From: a virus
Virus record (IMG/VR): IMGVR_UViG_3300009155_000044
Coordinates: 32,001 to 96,000 of that record
Reading direction: 5' to 3' (one strand)
Length of the DNA stretch: 64,000 bases
The notes beneath the pieces were generated by a model. That model worked only from the letters and a program-made list of their open reading frames with translations, was not told the origin of the DNA and did no database searches. The translations under genes and the position numbers were made by a program. The stretch's first letter is position 1; every line of letters begins with the position of its first letter. Shown here piece after piece: positions 38,083 through 48,249 of the stretch.

Positions 38083-38877
38083 ATGTTTAATTCTACTAGC
38101 AACTACGAAAATAGATTTTCTATTAATGATCGAGAAATTTTGGGCATTGATAGTCTTGATTTGTCGTATAGTAATCCATCTAATAATTCTAAAATTCTTG
38201 GAAGAGAATCTTCATTCACCACAATTAATGGCCCAACATCTGCTCAATTATCAATTAGTAGAAGTTTAATTTATATTGATCCAATTTTACAGTATACGGG
38301 ATCTCCAGCAATTAATGGAAAAATTCATTTTACTAATAATAATCAAGCTTATGGTTTTTCTTCAGGATATTTAACAGAGTACATGGTTAATTGCGCGGTT
38401 GGATCTATACCAAAAGTATCTAGTAATTTTATTATTTTTGATGAACTCACAAGTCAAGCAGTGCCATCATATACTTTTGAACCTCCTGCAATTTCTATTC
38501 CAAATCAAGGAAGCATATCTTTATCTTGCGACAATTCAACAACTAATAGAGTAGTTGGTTTTGATTACTCTATAAAAATAACTAGAAAGCCAATTTATAC
38601 TATAGGAAGTAAATATCCATTTGAAGTAGTTACTTTTAAAAATATTGAATACTCAGCATCTGTGCAAATTGATGTTGACGATGCTTTTTTGCAAAATTCT
38701 TTTAATTTTTTATCTGCTCGCGAAAATAAAACAGTTTCTTTCTCTATTAAAGATAAAACATTAACTAATACTATTCAAACATTAACTATACCAAAAGCAT
38801 CATTAGTTGGCGAAAGTTTGTCTAGCAGTGCTGATGGTGGTGTAAAATTAACATTAAACTATATTGGTCATTCATGA
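38083..38877 (+). CDS. Distal tail / tube-fold baseplate protein
   Basis: Follows the tape measure; RKPIYTIG motif shared with the tubes. Confidence 0.55.
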   Translation: MFNSTSNYENRFSINDREILGIDSLDLSYSNPSNNSKILGRESSFTTINGPTSAQLSISRSLIYIDPILQYTGSPAINGKIHFTNNNQAYGFSSGYLTEYMVNCAVGSIPKVSSNFIIFDELTSQAVPSYTFEPPAISIPNQGSISLSCDNSTTNRVVGFDYSIKITRKPIYTIGSKYPFEVVTFKNIEYSASVQIDVDDAFLQNSFNFLSARENKTVSFSIKDKTLTNTIQTLTIPKASLVGESLSSSADGGVKLTLNYIGHS

Positions 38878-39815
38878 GTGCTTTTTATAATAGAGATTCT
38901 AATATTAGTGGAGTCACTGCAATTACTAGTTTAGTTTTTAATCCAAGCTACGGATCTAGAATTAATTTTAAAAGCACATACTATTCATATGAAACTCACA
39001 ATGGATATTATAATTTAATTCCTTTGTCTATTAATAGTTTAAATGCTGAATATCAATTAAAATATCAATTGAATGAAACTAATTCCAAACAACTAATCAA
39101 CTATGTTGAAAGCAAAAATGGCACAGATTTGCTTCCATTTTCAGATCCATCTAGTTTTTATAAAACAATTTCTGGAGTAATTGATAACTATTCTATAAAT
39201 CATATAAATAAAAATCATTATGAGGTTAATTTAGCTTTTCAAGTTAATGAAGCTCCAAATTTACTGAACTGGTCTGGAATGACATTTGTAAACTCTCCTC
39301 TAACAACTTGGCAGTCGGGGAAATATTATGAAAAATATGATATAGTTTATTCTGGCGTCTCTTCAAATAAATTAGATAATTATTACTATTGTTCTGGAAA
39401 TCATACAGGAACAAACCGTAGTCTTGATGGACCAACTGGAAGCGCAACAAAATGGACAAAATATTTCTTTTTTGAACCAGATGTTGGACTTCAAAATGAA
39501 GTAGCATTAAAGGTAGATAAAATTGAATTTAAAAATTCATTTGTTCAGCGAATGAAAACTAGAACAAACATAGCAACAACAGATTTTTCTTATAAGTTTG
39601 AGAAAGCTTCTACTAAAAAAGCTAAAGCTATTCTTCATTTTTTAGAAAATAAAGGCGGATATCGCAGATTCTACAGTGATCCTCCATCAGTGTATAATAA
39701 ATTGAAAGTATTCTATTCGCCGTCTTGGAGTCACACTTGGAATTATGCTGATTCTCACGATTTAGAAGTTTCATTAATTGAAGATCCATTAGGAATAGTA
39801 CCAACAGGCTCATGA
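38874..39815 (+). CDS. Minor tail protein, two similar domains around a small CBM-like insert
   Basis: Central WQSGKYYEKYDIVY...YYYC...W motif between two similar beta domains. Confidence 0.5.
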   Translation: MSAFYNRDSNISGVTAITSLVFNPSYGSRINFKSTYYSYETHNGYYNLIPLSINSLNAEYQLKYQLNETNSKQLINYVESKNGTDLLPFSDPSSFYKTISGVIDNYSINHINKNHYEVNLAFQVNEAPNLLNWSGMTFVNSPLTTWQSGKYYEKYDIVYSGVSSNKLDNYYYCSGNHTGTNRSLDGPTGSATKWTKYFFFEPDVGLQNEVALKVDKIEFKNSFVQRMKTRTNIATTDFSYKFEKASTKKAKAILHFLENKGGYRRFYSDPPSVYNKLKVFYSPSWSHTWNYADSHDLEVSLIEDPLGIVPTGS

Positions 39816-41008
39816 ATAAAACAATTTTAAAAAGCAATTCAGCATTTGTAGCTATTGGTCAGTCTCCAGCGTGGAAGACTGGTAATGATTCTGGACGATT
39901 ATTTTCATTGGTTCAGAATTGCAATTTTTCAGTTAGCAATGAGAGGCAAAAATTAAAACAGATTGGAAGACAAAACTACTCTGTCAATGATCTAGTAAGA
40001 GCGCCAAATATAGAACTATCTTTTGATTATTATTTATCGCCCTATATTAGCAATGAGCTAGCAATGAATTTTCAGACAAAAACTGCTTCTAATTTAGGAG
40101 CATTTACTAATATAAAAAATACTAATAATAATTTTTATATTGTTGTTGATCCAGAAGATCTTAGAGATGCATTTGAAAAGCCTAAAAATCCAATCATCAC
40201 AAACACTAGTTATAGTGGATTTAATGTTTTATCTTTTGGAAATTGTTATTTAAATAAATATAGCGTATCTTTTAATTTGAATGAAATACCAAAAGTTTCA
40301 GTTGGATTTGAAGCTTCTAATATGAAATTTGATGTTTTAACTGGAAACTCAATCACTATTCCAGCTATTAATAGCATTAGTGGAAATTCAATTAATGCTG
40401 GTTCATTGAATTTATCTGGATTTTATTCTTCTCTAACTGGAAGTTATATTACTGGACAGGATAATGGTAAAACAGAATATGATCCTCCAGTTACAATTCC
40501 ATCTTATTGCACATTCTCTCTGCAAAATTTACAAGTTGGAGGAGTCGCTTTATCGGCTGCATCAAAACCTATATTACAAAATTTATCTTTAAATTTTGAT
40601 CTTCCAAGAACTCCACTTTATGGACTAGGAAGCAATTACGTTTATAATAGAAAACTAGAGTATCCAATTAATGGATCAGTAAATTTATCCGCACAAGTTT
40701 CTGGATTCTCTAGCGGATTTTTAAGTGGAATGCTATACAATGAAAGTGGTTATAATTTTGATATATCATTTTCAGACTCATCAAAATTAGCTACTGGATT
40801 TTATAGCATAACAAATGCTAAACTTGATAATTTTAATTATTCAATGACTGTGAATGATGTTTTAAATTTTACAGCATCATTTTCAGTAGAAACAAATGAT
40901 TCAGCTGGATTTTACATTGATAGAAAAACCACAAAGTTTCCATCTATTTGGAGTGCTATATCTAATATATGGTCAAGTATAAATATTAATTGGCAATCTT
41001 TAGAATAA
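39812..41008 (+). CDS. Tube-fold baseplate/tail protein
   Basis: LVQNCNFSVSNERQ and LPRTPLYGLGS align with tube-protein motifs. Confidence 0.6.
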   Translation: MNKTILKSNSAFVAIGQSPAWKTGNDSGRLFSLVQNCNFSVSNERQKLKQIGRQNYSVNDLVRAPNIELSFDYYLSPYISNELAMNFQTKTASNLGAFTNIKNTNNNFYIVVDPEDLRDAFEKPKNPIITNTSYSGFNVLSFGNCYLNKYSVSFNLNEIPKVSVGFEASNMKFDVLTGNSITIPAINSISGNSINAGSLNLSGFYSSLTGSYITGQDNGKTEYDPPVTIPSYCTFSLQNLQVGGVALSAASKPILQNLSLNFDLPRTPLYGLGSNYVYNRKLEYPINGSVNLSAQVSGFSSGFLSGMLYNESGYNFDISFSDSSKLATGFYSITNAKLDNFNYSMTVNDVLNFTASFSVETNDSAGFYIDRKTTKFPSIWSAISNIWSSININWQSLE

Positions 41009-41024
41009 ACGTGTAAAAATTATT

Positions 41025-43526
41025 ATGAACTTAGGTCCAACACAAGTCAGTGCAACATATCCATTTGTTTTAAATCAAAGTGGCGCTAATGCAATCACTC
41101 TTGGTGGTAATAATCCAGTTGATTGGGAATCGGGAGGAGTTGTTGCTAAAACTGGAAATCAAACTATTAGCGGACTTAAAACATTTGATTCAGCATTATC
41201 TTTAAACACTCAAGCCTCCACTACTAGTCATGCAGTTCGCGCAGATAGAAACCTAAGTGCTGGTAGCGGATTAGTTGGAGGAGGACAATTAACTGGGGAT
41301 CTTACATTTAATATTGGAACGGGTTACGGAATAACAGTTTCAGCAGATCAAATTAACATCAACACATCAAATGTTGTGGTCACAACTGGAAATCAAACTA
41401 TTGCTGGAATAAAAACTTTCACTGATCAAATAGTTAATACTGCAAATGGGAATAGCTCTAGTAATCCAGCATCATATATTTCATGTGGAGCTAGTAATAC
41501 AATTGCATCATCATCAGATTATTGTTATATTGGAGGGGGTACTAGTAATAATATTCAGAATACTATTACTAGTTCTTTAATTGCAGGAGGAGATTCTAAT
41601 ACTATTAATGCAAATTATTCGATAATTGCAGGAGGCGCAGCAAATACTATTAATGCAGATTATTCATTTATCGGAGGAGGAGCTAATAATATTGCTAGTA
41701 GTATTGGCTCTAGTATTAGTGCTGGAAATCTAAATACTACAGCAGGACTTTATTCAACAATTGGCGGTGGAGAAAATAATACTGCATCTGGAAATCACTC
41801 AACAATCGCTGGCGGAACAGGAAATTCAACAACTAATTCTTATTCTTTTATTGGAGGAGGAACATCTAATACTACTTATGGAGCTAATGCTTCTGTTGGT
41901 GGAGGGCAGAATAATAAATCAAATGGGGCGTATTCTTTTATTGGTGGCGGGCAAAATAATATTGCTACTGGCGCTAATGCTTTTGTAGGTGCTGGAAATG
42001 GTAATATTGCTAATGGAGACTATTCATCTGCTGTTGGAGGATATCAAAATTCTACTAGTGGTCAGTACGCTTTCATTGGGGCTGGATATCAAAATGCTAC
42101 CATAGGAGTTGGAGCTTCAGTTTTAGGAGGCTATAAAAATACAGCTAGTGGAAATTACGCCTCAGTAGGTGGTGGATGGACTAATTATGCAAAAGGATTA
42201 TATTCTAGCGTAAATGGAGGATATCAAAATTATGCTAGTGGAAATTACGCATCAGTATCAGCTGGATATAATAATAAAGCTAGTGGAAATTATTCATTTA
42301 TTGGATGTGGACAAAATAATATTAGTATTGGAAATAATTCATTTATTGGGGCTGGAAATGGAAATACATCGTCTGGACTTTATTCAACAGTATTAAATGG
42401 TGAAACAAACCAATCTATAGGAGATTATTCTATCATAGCAAATGGATTTGAAAGTAAATCAAATGGAATTTACTCTTCAATATTTAATGGTTTTCAAAAT
42501 TATGCATTTGGGGATTATTCATTAATTGGTGGAGGCGCAAATAATACGGCTAGTGGATCATATTCTAATATTATTGGCGGAACAATTAATACAGTTTCTT
42601 CTAATTATTCTATAGTTGGAGGTGGAACTCAAAATACTATTATTAAAAATAGCGATTATTCATCAATTTTTGGCGGTATAAATAATAGTGCGTCTGGAAG
42701 ATATTCGAGTATATTAGGTGGATCTGGTAACATGATTAGTGGAACTAATTCATCAATTGGAGCAGGAAATTCTAATAAAATAACTGGAAATTATTCTACA
42801 ATTGGTGGTGGAAATTCTAATAAAATAACTGGAAATTATTCTATAATTGGTGGTGGAGGTCTTAATGAAATTAAAAAAGATTATTCATCTATTATAGGAG
42901 GAACATTTAATAAAATTTCTGGAGAAAGCTCAACAATAGCTGGTGGTGCCGCTAATGAAGCTACATCTACTTATTCTTTTATTGGTGCTGGATATGGAAA
43001 TATAGTTAGTGGAGATTATTCTACAATTTTAGGTGGCGATAGCAATACTATTAAATATGGAAATTATAGCATTATAGGAGCAGGATCGATGAATAGTTCT
43101 AGTGGAGTTTACTCTTCAATATTAGGAGGATATGCTAATCAAATTAGTGGTGGCGAATATTCATTCATTGGTGGCGGATCTGGAAATAGTATTAGTGGAA
43201 ATTACTCATGTATTTTAGGGGGAACAAATCACTTTAATAGTGGAGAGTACTCAAGTATTTTAGGAGGAAGAAGCGCTCAAATTCCAAAATCTCATACTGG
43301 ATCTACAGTCATAGCTGATGGTCAAGATAGAACTCACTCTTCCAGAGCACCATATGCTTGCACATTAGATTTTGCTAGTGGAACTTACTTCTCTCTTCCA
43401 AAATTTGCTGGACTTTCCACTCAAACTGGAAAATTTGGAGAAATGGCAGTTAGTGGATCTGGTCTTTATATTTGCACTGGAACTGCTGGAAGTGGGTGGG
43501 GAAGAATTTTCTTATCTACTTTTTAA
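41025..43526 (+). CDS. Tail fibre / adhesin with Gly-Asn-Ser beta-roll repeats
   Basis: Two TGNQTIxGxKTF motifs, then roughly 40 repeats of 14-15 aa (xIGGGxxNxxxGxYS). Confidence 0.75.
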   Translation: MNLGPTQVSATYPFVLNQSGANAITLGGNNPVDWESGGVVAKTGNQTISGLKTFDSALSLNTQASTTSHAVRADRNLSAGSGLVGGGQLTGDLTFNIGTGYGITVSADQININTSNVVVTTGNQTIAGIKTFTDQIVNTANGNSSSNPASYISCGASNTIASSSDYCYIGGGTSNNIQNTITSSLIAGGDSNTINANYSIIAGGAANTINADYSFIGGGANNIASSIGSSISAGNLNTTAGLYSTIGGGENNTASGNHSTIAGGTGNSTTNSYSFIGGGTSNTTYGANASVGGGQNNKSNGAYSFIGGGQNNIATGANAFVGAGNGNIANGDYSSAVGGYQNSTSGQYAFIGAGYQNATIGVGASVLGGYKNTASGNYASVGGGWTNYAKGLYSSVNGGYQNYASGNYASVSAGYNNKASGNYSFIGCGQNNISIGNNSFIGAGNGNTSSGLYSTVLNGETNQSIGDYSIIANGFESKSNGIYSSIFNGFQNYAFGDYSLIGGGANNTASGSYSNIIGGTINTVSSNYSIVGGGTQNTIIKNSDYSSIFGGINNSASGRYSSILGGSGNMISGTNSSIGAGNSNKITGNYSTIGGGNSNKITGNYSIIGGGGLNEIKKDYSSIIGGTFNKISGESSTIAGGAANEATSTYSFIGAGYGNIVSGDYSTILGGDSNTIKYGNYSIIGAGSMNSSSGVYSSILGGYANQISGGEYSFIGGGSGNSISGNYSCILGGTNHFNSGEYSSILGGRSAQIPKSHTGSTVIADGQDRTHSSRAPYACTLDFASGTYFSLPKFAGLSTQTGKFGEMAVSGSGLYICTGTAGSGWGRIFLSTF

Positions 43527-43912
43527 TACTTAACATCAACTCCTTTGCTCTCAAATGTTTTCATTTGTTCAAAGTGTTTAGCTCCTTTTCTCTTTTTTGA
43601 ATAGTCCTTAAAGTACTTCTCTTTTACAGGATCAACTCCTCCCGCTTGATCTGCGCGTCTCTGGCTCATCTCTGAACTATAGTCAAGCATATCCCCATAG
43701 GAACCCTTCTTAGAGCCTGTACGGTCCACAAATTGAGTAGAGCTAAATGGATCAATGTGAGTATCAATAGATGCATTAGGAATAGTAAAAACACGCTGCC
43801 AAGACTCATTAAATTCATCTGTTTCTCCAAAATATTCGTGAGTTTCATTCATACCTTGAAGAATTTCGCGATATTCATTTGTTGATTCATTGTGGTAAAT
43901 ATAGATTGGCAA
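43523..43912 (-). CDS. FmdB-like regulatory protein (Cys ligands absent)
   Basis: MPIYIY start; TTG start preceded by AAGGAGG. Confidence 0.55.
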   Translation of the reverse strand: MPIYIYHNESTNEYREILQGMNETHEYFGETDEFNESWQRVFTIPNASIDTHIDPFSSTQFVDRTGSKKGSYGDMLDYSSEMSQRRADQAGGVDPVKEKYFKDYSKKRKGAKHFEQMKTFESKGVDVKY

Positions 43913-44185
43913 TTAAACCTCCTTTATTTTATTGTACTTTCTTAATAGAAAAATTCCAGAATTATCATATAGATAATTTCTTAAATTAATTATAGTCTTT
44001 TTTGAACAACACCTTATTCTAGAAGCTTTTGAACAAGGTGAATCCCAATGAAATATAAAACCTTTTTTTCAAAATGAAGTTTTAATCCTTCACAGAATAA
44101 CTTAGAACTCATTATTCCAAATTGAAAAATATTATTTTTAACATAAATATGGCCATCCCCCATCAAAATATCCACGAATAAAGTG
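43913..44185 (-). pseudogene. Degenerate LAGLIDADG homing endonuclease fragment
   Basis: HFIRGYFDG(DG)HI...YLYDNSGIFLLRKY is recoverable with a +1 shift at a G5 run and a -1 shift at an A7 run; an in-frame TGA precedes it and there is no start. Confidence 0.75.
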
Positions 44186-44213
44186 TCAGCAAAAGATTTA
44201 ATAATTATATAAT

Positions 44214-44246
44214 AAAAAAACAGGTAGTTTTCACTACCTGTTTTTT
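44214..44246. terminator. Terminator downstream of hsp20
   Basis: A7-CAGGTAG-ttttca-CTACCTG-T6. Confidence 0.8.
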
Positions 44247-44267
44247 ATTTATTCTATTTTTATCTTT

Positions 44268-44609
44268 TTAAGATACTGGAATTCTAATCCTATCAGCAAC
44301 TTGAGCTTTTAGTTTAGGAAGTTTAATTTTCAAGACTCCCTTATCTAGAGAAGATGAAATCTTTTCAATATCAACTGTTTTATAAAGCTTAATCTGATAT
44401 TTATAAGGATAAGAAGCATTAGAGCTTACTACATCAAGAAGATTATTAGAAGCAGTGATGCTAATTTCTGTTTTTTCAGAGCCAGGAACAATCATAATAG
44501 CTTCATAATAATCTTCAAGAGTGTTAATCTTAAAATCCCCATTAAAACAGCAGCTTCCATCTGTATATAAAAGACTATTTAAATAGTTTGTAGTTTTATT
44601 TTCTGTCAT
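44268..44609 (-). CDS. Small heat-shock protein (Hsp20/alpha-crystallin)
   Basis: C-terminal VDIEKISSSLDKGVLKIKLPK motif. Confidence 0.8.
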   Translation of the reverse strand: MTENKTTNYLNSLLYTDGSCCFNGDFKINTLEDYYEAIMIVPGSEKTEISITASNNLLDVVSSNASYPYKYQIKLYKTVDIEKISSSLDKGVLKIKLPKLKAQVADRIRIPVS

Positions 44610-44639
44610 ATAATATATTAATATAATTTAAATTAGAAA

Positions 44640-45713
44640 TCAAGAGAAAACTTTGTCTAAAATAATTTCTGTTGTATTTTTATAAGAGAGTTTTTTGCCA
44701 AGTTCAATTCCAGCAATATTAGAAACTCGATATTTTTTAATTGCAGAGTCCATAGCTTGCATAACAGATTCTTCACTCCAAGAGTAAAACTCCCCTTGAT
44801 TAAATTCCTGCCCCTGCAAAAAGAAAACTCCATCATGTGCTGGAATTCTACCATCTGATTCAACTAAAATAGAATTTTCAGATGTTGCCCAATCTTTATG
44901 AGATGTTTCATTCAAAACAATTGACCATTTACCCAAGCAAGTAGCATTAAATGCTGGTAAATTCCAACCTTCAGCGCCACTTAAGCCTGTCAAATCAATG
45001 TCAATAGCATTTAAAAACTCATTAACTTCATGATTTGTTTGCAAGTAAGGAAGAAAATTAATATTAGTGTATCTTTTCCCCTCTAACAAATTGCCAATAA
45101 TAGCTTGCATTTGTTCTGGTTTAAAAAATGGATTAGTAACACAGCAAGATAGCTGATAGTCATTATTGTTTCCATATTTCTTCAGCCAAGTTTTAATGAT
45201 TTTTTGAGTATGCTTTCGATGCTCAAATTTACCCATCAAGCCAAAATGAACTACATCTAAATACTTTTTATTTGTGATGTGAAGATCAGGATCGAAACCC
45301 ATAGGCACAAAACTAGTATTTTCACATCCAAGATCAATGAATTTATTTTGAGCATAAGTAGAACTAAAAAAGATTTTATCTTGAGCTTGCGCAATAGATA
45401 CTTCAGTTTTTGTTGGCTCGCTGCACTCGTAGAATGTTAAAAGATTTTGATTAGGATTCTTACGATCATCAGAGCTATTTAAATGCCACAGCTTAAATGC
45501 TGGAACATCTTTTTTTAAGGCATCAAATCTTTGATTGATAGACTTTTGAAGAAATTCTTTAAATTCATTCGATAAGTTGAAAGCTGACAAATCAACATTC
45601 CCAAAAGGAAACAAACCGATGTCAATATTTTTATTAAAAAATTCTTTAAGAATGTTGATGCTAACATTTCCAAAACTTAAGGTGTTAAGAGCAGCTTGTA
45701 CTAAGAGTTTCAT
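44640..45713 (-). CDS. GT-B glycosyltransferase (GT4-like)
   Basis: GKFEHRK and SGAEGWNLPAFNA signature. Confidence 0.75.
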   Translation of the reverse strand: MKLLVQAALNTLSFGNVSINILKEFFNKNIDIGLFPFGNVDLSAFNLSNEFKEFLQKSINQRFDALKKDVPAFKLWHLNSSDDRKNPNQNLLTFYECSEPTKTEVSIAQAQDKIFFSSTYAQNKFIDLGCENTSFVPMGFDPDLHITNKKYLDVVHFGLMGKFEHRKHTQKIIKTWLKKYGNNNDYQLSCCVTNPFFKPEQMQAIIGNLLEGKRYTNINFLPYLQTNHEVNEFLNAIDIDLTGLSGAEGWNLPAFNATCLGKWSIVLNETSHKDWATSENSILVESDGRIPAHDGVFFLQGQEFNQGEFYSWSEESVMQAMDSAIKKYRVSNIAGIELGKKLSYKNTTEIILDKVFS

Positions 45714-46129
45714 TAGAATGGAATGTCTTCAGATTCGAATTGGTTTGATTCTTGCGGTTTAGAGTTTGACTTCTTAACCGTTTGAGTTGCAGATTCATCA
45801 CTATTAGCCCCAGTATCTGGTTTTGGTGCTGAATTCATAAATTTAACTTTTTCAGCGCGAATATATGGTTTAGTTTGAGTAGTTCCATCTTTTCCAGTCC
45901 AAGATGACATGCAAAGCTCGCCTTCAATCATAATCTCTTTTCCTTTCTTTAAGAATTGAGTGCAAATTTCAGCGAGTTTATCCCAACACTCACAATCAAT
46001 AAAGCATTTATTTTTTGATTGAGAGTCTGAAATACAAACTCTAAATGTGCAAACTTGCTTGCCAGTAGAGATTGTGCGAGATTCTGGATCTTTTACTAGA
46101 TGACCGATTCCGATGATTTTATTGTACAT
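45713..46129 (-). CDS. ssb: Single-stranded DNA-binding protein
   Basis: NKIIGIGHLVKDPE OB-fold start, LKKGKEIMIEGEL, C-terminal EDIPF. Confidence 0.93.
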   Translation of the reverse strand: MYNKIIGIGHLVKDPESRTISTGKQVCTFRVCISDSQSKNKCFIDCECWDKLAEICTQFLKKGKEIMIEGELCMSSWTGKDGTTQTKPYIRAEKVKFMNSAPKPDTGANSDESATQTVKKSNSKPQESNQFESEDIPF

Positions 46130-46712
46130 AATTTAGTTCTTTTTTAGCTTTGATAATGAATTTATTGTGAATATCTATGCATCCCTGAATGCTCATTCCA
46201 AGTTCTTTAGCAATCAATTTCCAAGGAATGACCTTATTATACATGGAGTTATATCTCATGTCAATAATTTTTCTTACTCTTGAATCAGGATATTTTTTCG
46301 AATAATCAAGAATGCTTTGAATGAGTTCTTGCTTGTGAATAGACTTTGTAAAGTCTTCGCAAAAAGGTTCTGAAATAATTTTATCAAGAGGCTCTTCCAT
46401 CATCTTTTTATTTTTATTATAAAGATTCAAGCATTTCCATCTTGTTTCATTTGCCAGGTGAGTAGAGAATTTAGTGTTTCTATCTGGCTCATATTTTAAA
46501 GCTGCACAATAGATTGTAAAGTCTTTTTCTAGCAAAACATCGTGTTTATTAACAATGCCAGAATAGTCTGGAATAACACGATTAACCATTTCTAAATAAA
46601 TTCCAGAATGTCGATTGATGAGTTCTTTTAGACTTTCATCATCGCGATTTTCTTTAATTTTATTGATGAGAGATAAATCAGAGTCCACGGTTAATCCAAT
46701 CTTTAGGAACAA
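46119..46712 (-). CDS. Second phage sigma70-family factor
   Basis: KYEPDRNTKFSTHL region 2 and WKLIAKELGMS region 4 helix-turn-helix. Confidence 0.8.
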   Translation of the reverse strand: MFLKIGLTVDSDLSLINKIKENRDDESLKELINRHSGIYLEMVNRVIPDYSGIVNKHDVLLEKDFTIYCAALKYEPDRNTKFSTHLANETRWKCLNLYNKNKKMMEEPLDKIISEPFCEDFTKSIHKQELIQSILDYSKKYPDSRVRKIIDMRYNSMYNKVIPWKLIAKELGMSIQGCIDIHNKFIIKAKKELNYVQ

Positions 46713-47256
46713 TCCCTGTTAAAATTGAGTGAGCAATAGCTTGAATCCATCTTTCATCATTCATGGTATGCCATGTAAAAGCTGAATCAGCATTTTGCTG
46801 CAATAAAGAATTGTTTTTTTCTTCTTCTTCATTTGCATTAGGAACTAAAGTTCCATCTGGAAGAGTTCGATTAACAAACACAATCTTTCCACCTTGCTGT
46901 TTGATCCAATTAAATTCATTCTCAAATCGAACATCGCTAATGATTACTATTTTGTTAGAATGCATTCTTTTTTCAAGAGCCTCAATCCAAACGTTATCAT
47001 TTAGTTTGCGCCTTACATGAGTTCCCCATGTTACCAAAAGTGGCCGAATAATATCTTTTTCTTCTGTAACTTCTGTAAAAATGTCAATGCCTAAAGTTTT
47101 CTTAACAAAACTTTTACATTCATATTTTAATTCTTTAGCAAAAGATAGTTTTTGAGTTTTAACTTTATACTCTTTAAAAATTTCGATGAAGCTGTCGGCT
47201 AGGGTATCTTTACCACTTCTAGCTGGTCCACAAATTCCAATAATTCTATCGTTCAT
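46678..47256 (-). CDS. Deoxynucleoside monophosphate kinase
   Basis: IIGICGPARSGKDT P-loop, RPLL...WGT, ISDVRFENE; start MNDRII. Confidence 0.88.
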   Translation of the reverse strand: MNDRIIGICGPARSGKDTLADSFIEIFKEYKVKTQKLSFAKELKYECKSFVKKTLGIDIFTEVTEEKDIIRPLLVTWGTHVRRKLNDNVWIEALEKRMHSNKIVIISDVRFENEFNWIKQQGGKIVFVNRTLPDGTLVPNANEEEEKNNSLLQQNADSAFTWHTMNDERWIQAIAHSILTGIVPKDWINRGL

Positions 47257-47756
47257 ACTCCTGTGCTGCCAAAGCATCCCTCCCCTCTTAATGTTTCACT
47301 AAACGAATCGCATTGTTCAAGCTGCATAAAGTTTGATTTTTGAAAAACTAATTGTGCAATTTTATCTCCCTTTTTATAAATAGAATCTGGATTAATAAAA
47401 ACAGCATGACTAGCACTAAATCTTCCAAGATTATTAATATCTTCTGGAGATGCAAGATACTTGAATCTTACTTTGATAGTTCCTCTGTAGCTAGAATCAA
47501 TAACTCCAACACTATTGCATAAAATTAAATTCTTGGTAGAGATTGAAGATCTTGGGAAAAGTAGAGTGTGAAACTCAGAACTAGGATCAATGATTAAACC
47601 AGAATCATATTCAATATAATCAATGTGAGTATATCCACTCGATTCATTGCATTTTCCAACAATATTTGGTTCTGAGTTTGCAAAAATATCATAGCCAACA
47701 TCTCCATTTGATGGAGAACTAATCAAAGAAATGTTATTAACTTTAAGTTTATTCAT
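47253..47756 (-). CDS. dut: dUTPase (trimeric)
   Basis: GDVGYDI, PRSS, NSVGVIDSSYRG, RGEGCFGSTG. Confidence 0.93.
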   Translation of the reverse strand: MNKLKVNNISLISSPSNGDVGYDIFANSEPNIVGKCNESSGYTHIDYIEYDSGLIIDPSSEFHTLLFPRSSISTKNLILCNSVGVIDSSYRGTIKVRFKYLASPEDINNLGRFSASHAVFINPDSIYKKGDKIAQLVFQKSNFMQLEQCDSFSETLRGEGCFGSTGV

Positions 47757-48018
47757 TTATAAATTTAATTAAATCTGATGAGAATTCATGAAGACCAATA
47801 TCTGCTAAAATTTTTGGCGCATAAATCATATGTAAATTCTCTAAATCTTTAGTAATTGGAATCACTACAATCATAGCTCCAATTGGAAAGTTTACAACTT
47901 TTGCAGAATCAACTATTTTTTGCACAGCTAACGACGCAGCTTCTTCAGCAGATTTTGCTGATACTGATACCTCCCAGTTAGCACTTGAGCATAAATATTC
48001 TTGCTGTTTATCATTCAT
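47749..48018 (-). CDS. Hypothetical protein
   Basis: ORF track. Confidence 0.65.
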   Translation of the reverse strand: MNDKQQEYLCSSANWEVSVSAKSAEEAASLAVQKIVDSAKVVNFPIGAMIVVIPITKDLENLHMIYAPKILADIGLHEFSSDLIKFINE

Positions 48019-48082
48019 TAAGGCAATTAAGCATAGAATTATGATCTGTCAAATAAAATTTATACATAAAGTAAAATGTTTT

Positions 48083-48249
48083 ACTACGTAGTTGGATAGC
48101 GTTTCGTTTTCAATTCAAACTCGCTCCGCTCGTTAATACTTCGCTACGCTCAGTATTATATACAGATATTTTGTACTGTCAAGTGCAAATGCACTGAGAT
48201 AAAGATTTTTTTCAAAAATCTTTAATTAATTTGCGAAGCAAATTAATTA
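48083..48249. other. Hairpin cluster in a divergent intergenic region, replication-origin candidate
   Basis: Two TCGCT(C/A)CGCTC 11-mers 20 bp apart plus inverted repeats of 6, 10 and 12 bp. Confidence 0.45.

Noticed and set aside
41025-43526. Diversity-generating retroelement target
   Set aside because: No reverse transcriptase, and no template/variable repeat pair differing at adenines.
47253-47290. dUTPase motif V reads RGEGCFGSTG (Cys for Gly) as inactivation
   Set aside because: All other motifs are intact; one substitution is not enough evidence.
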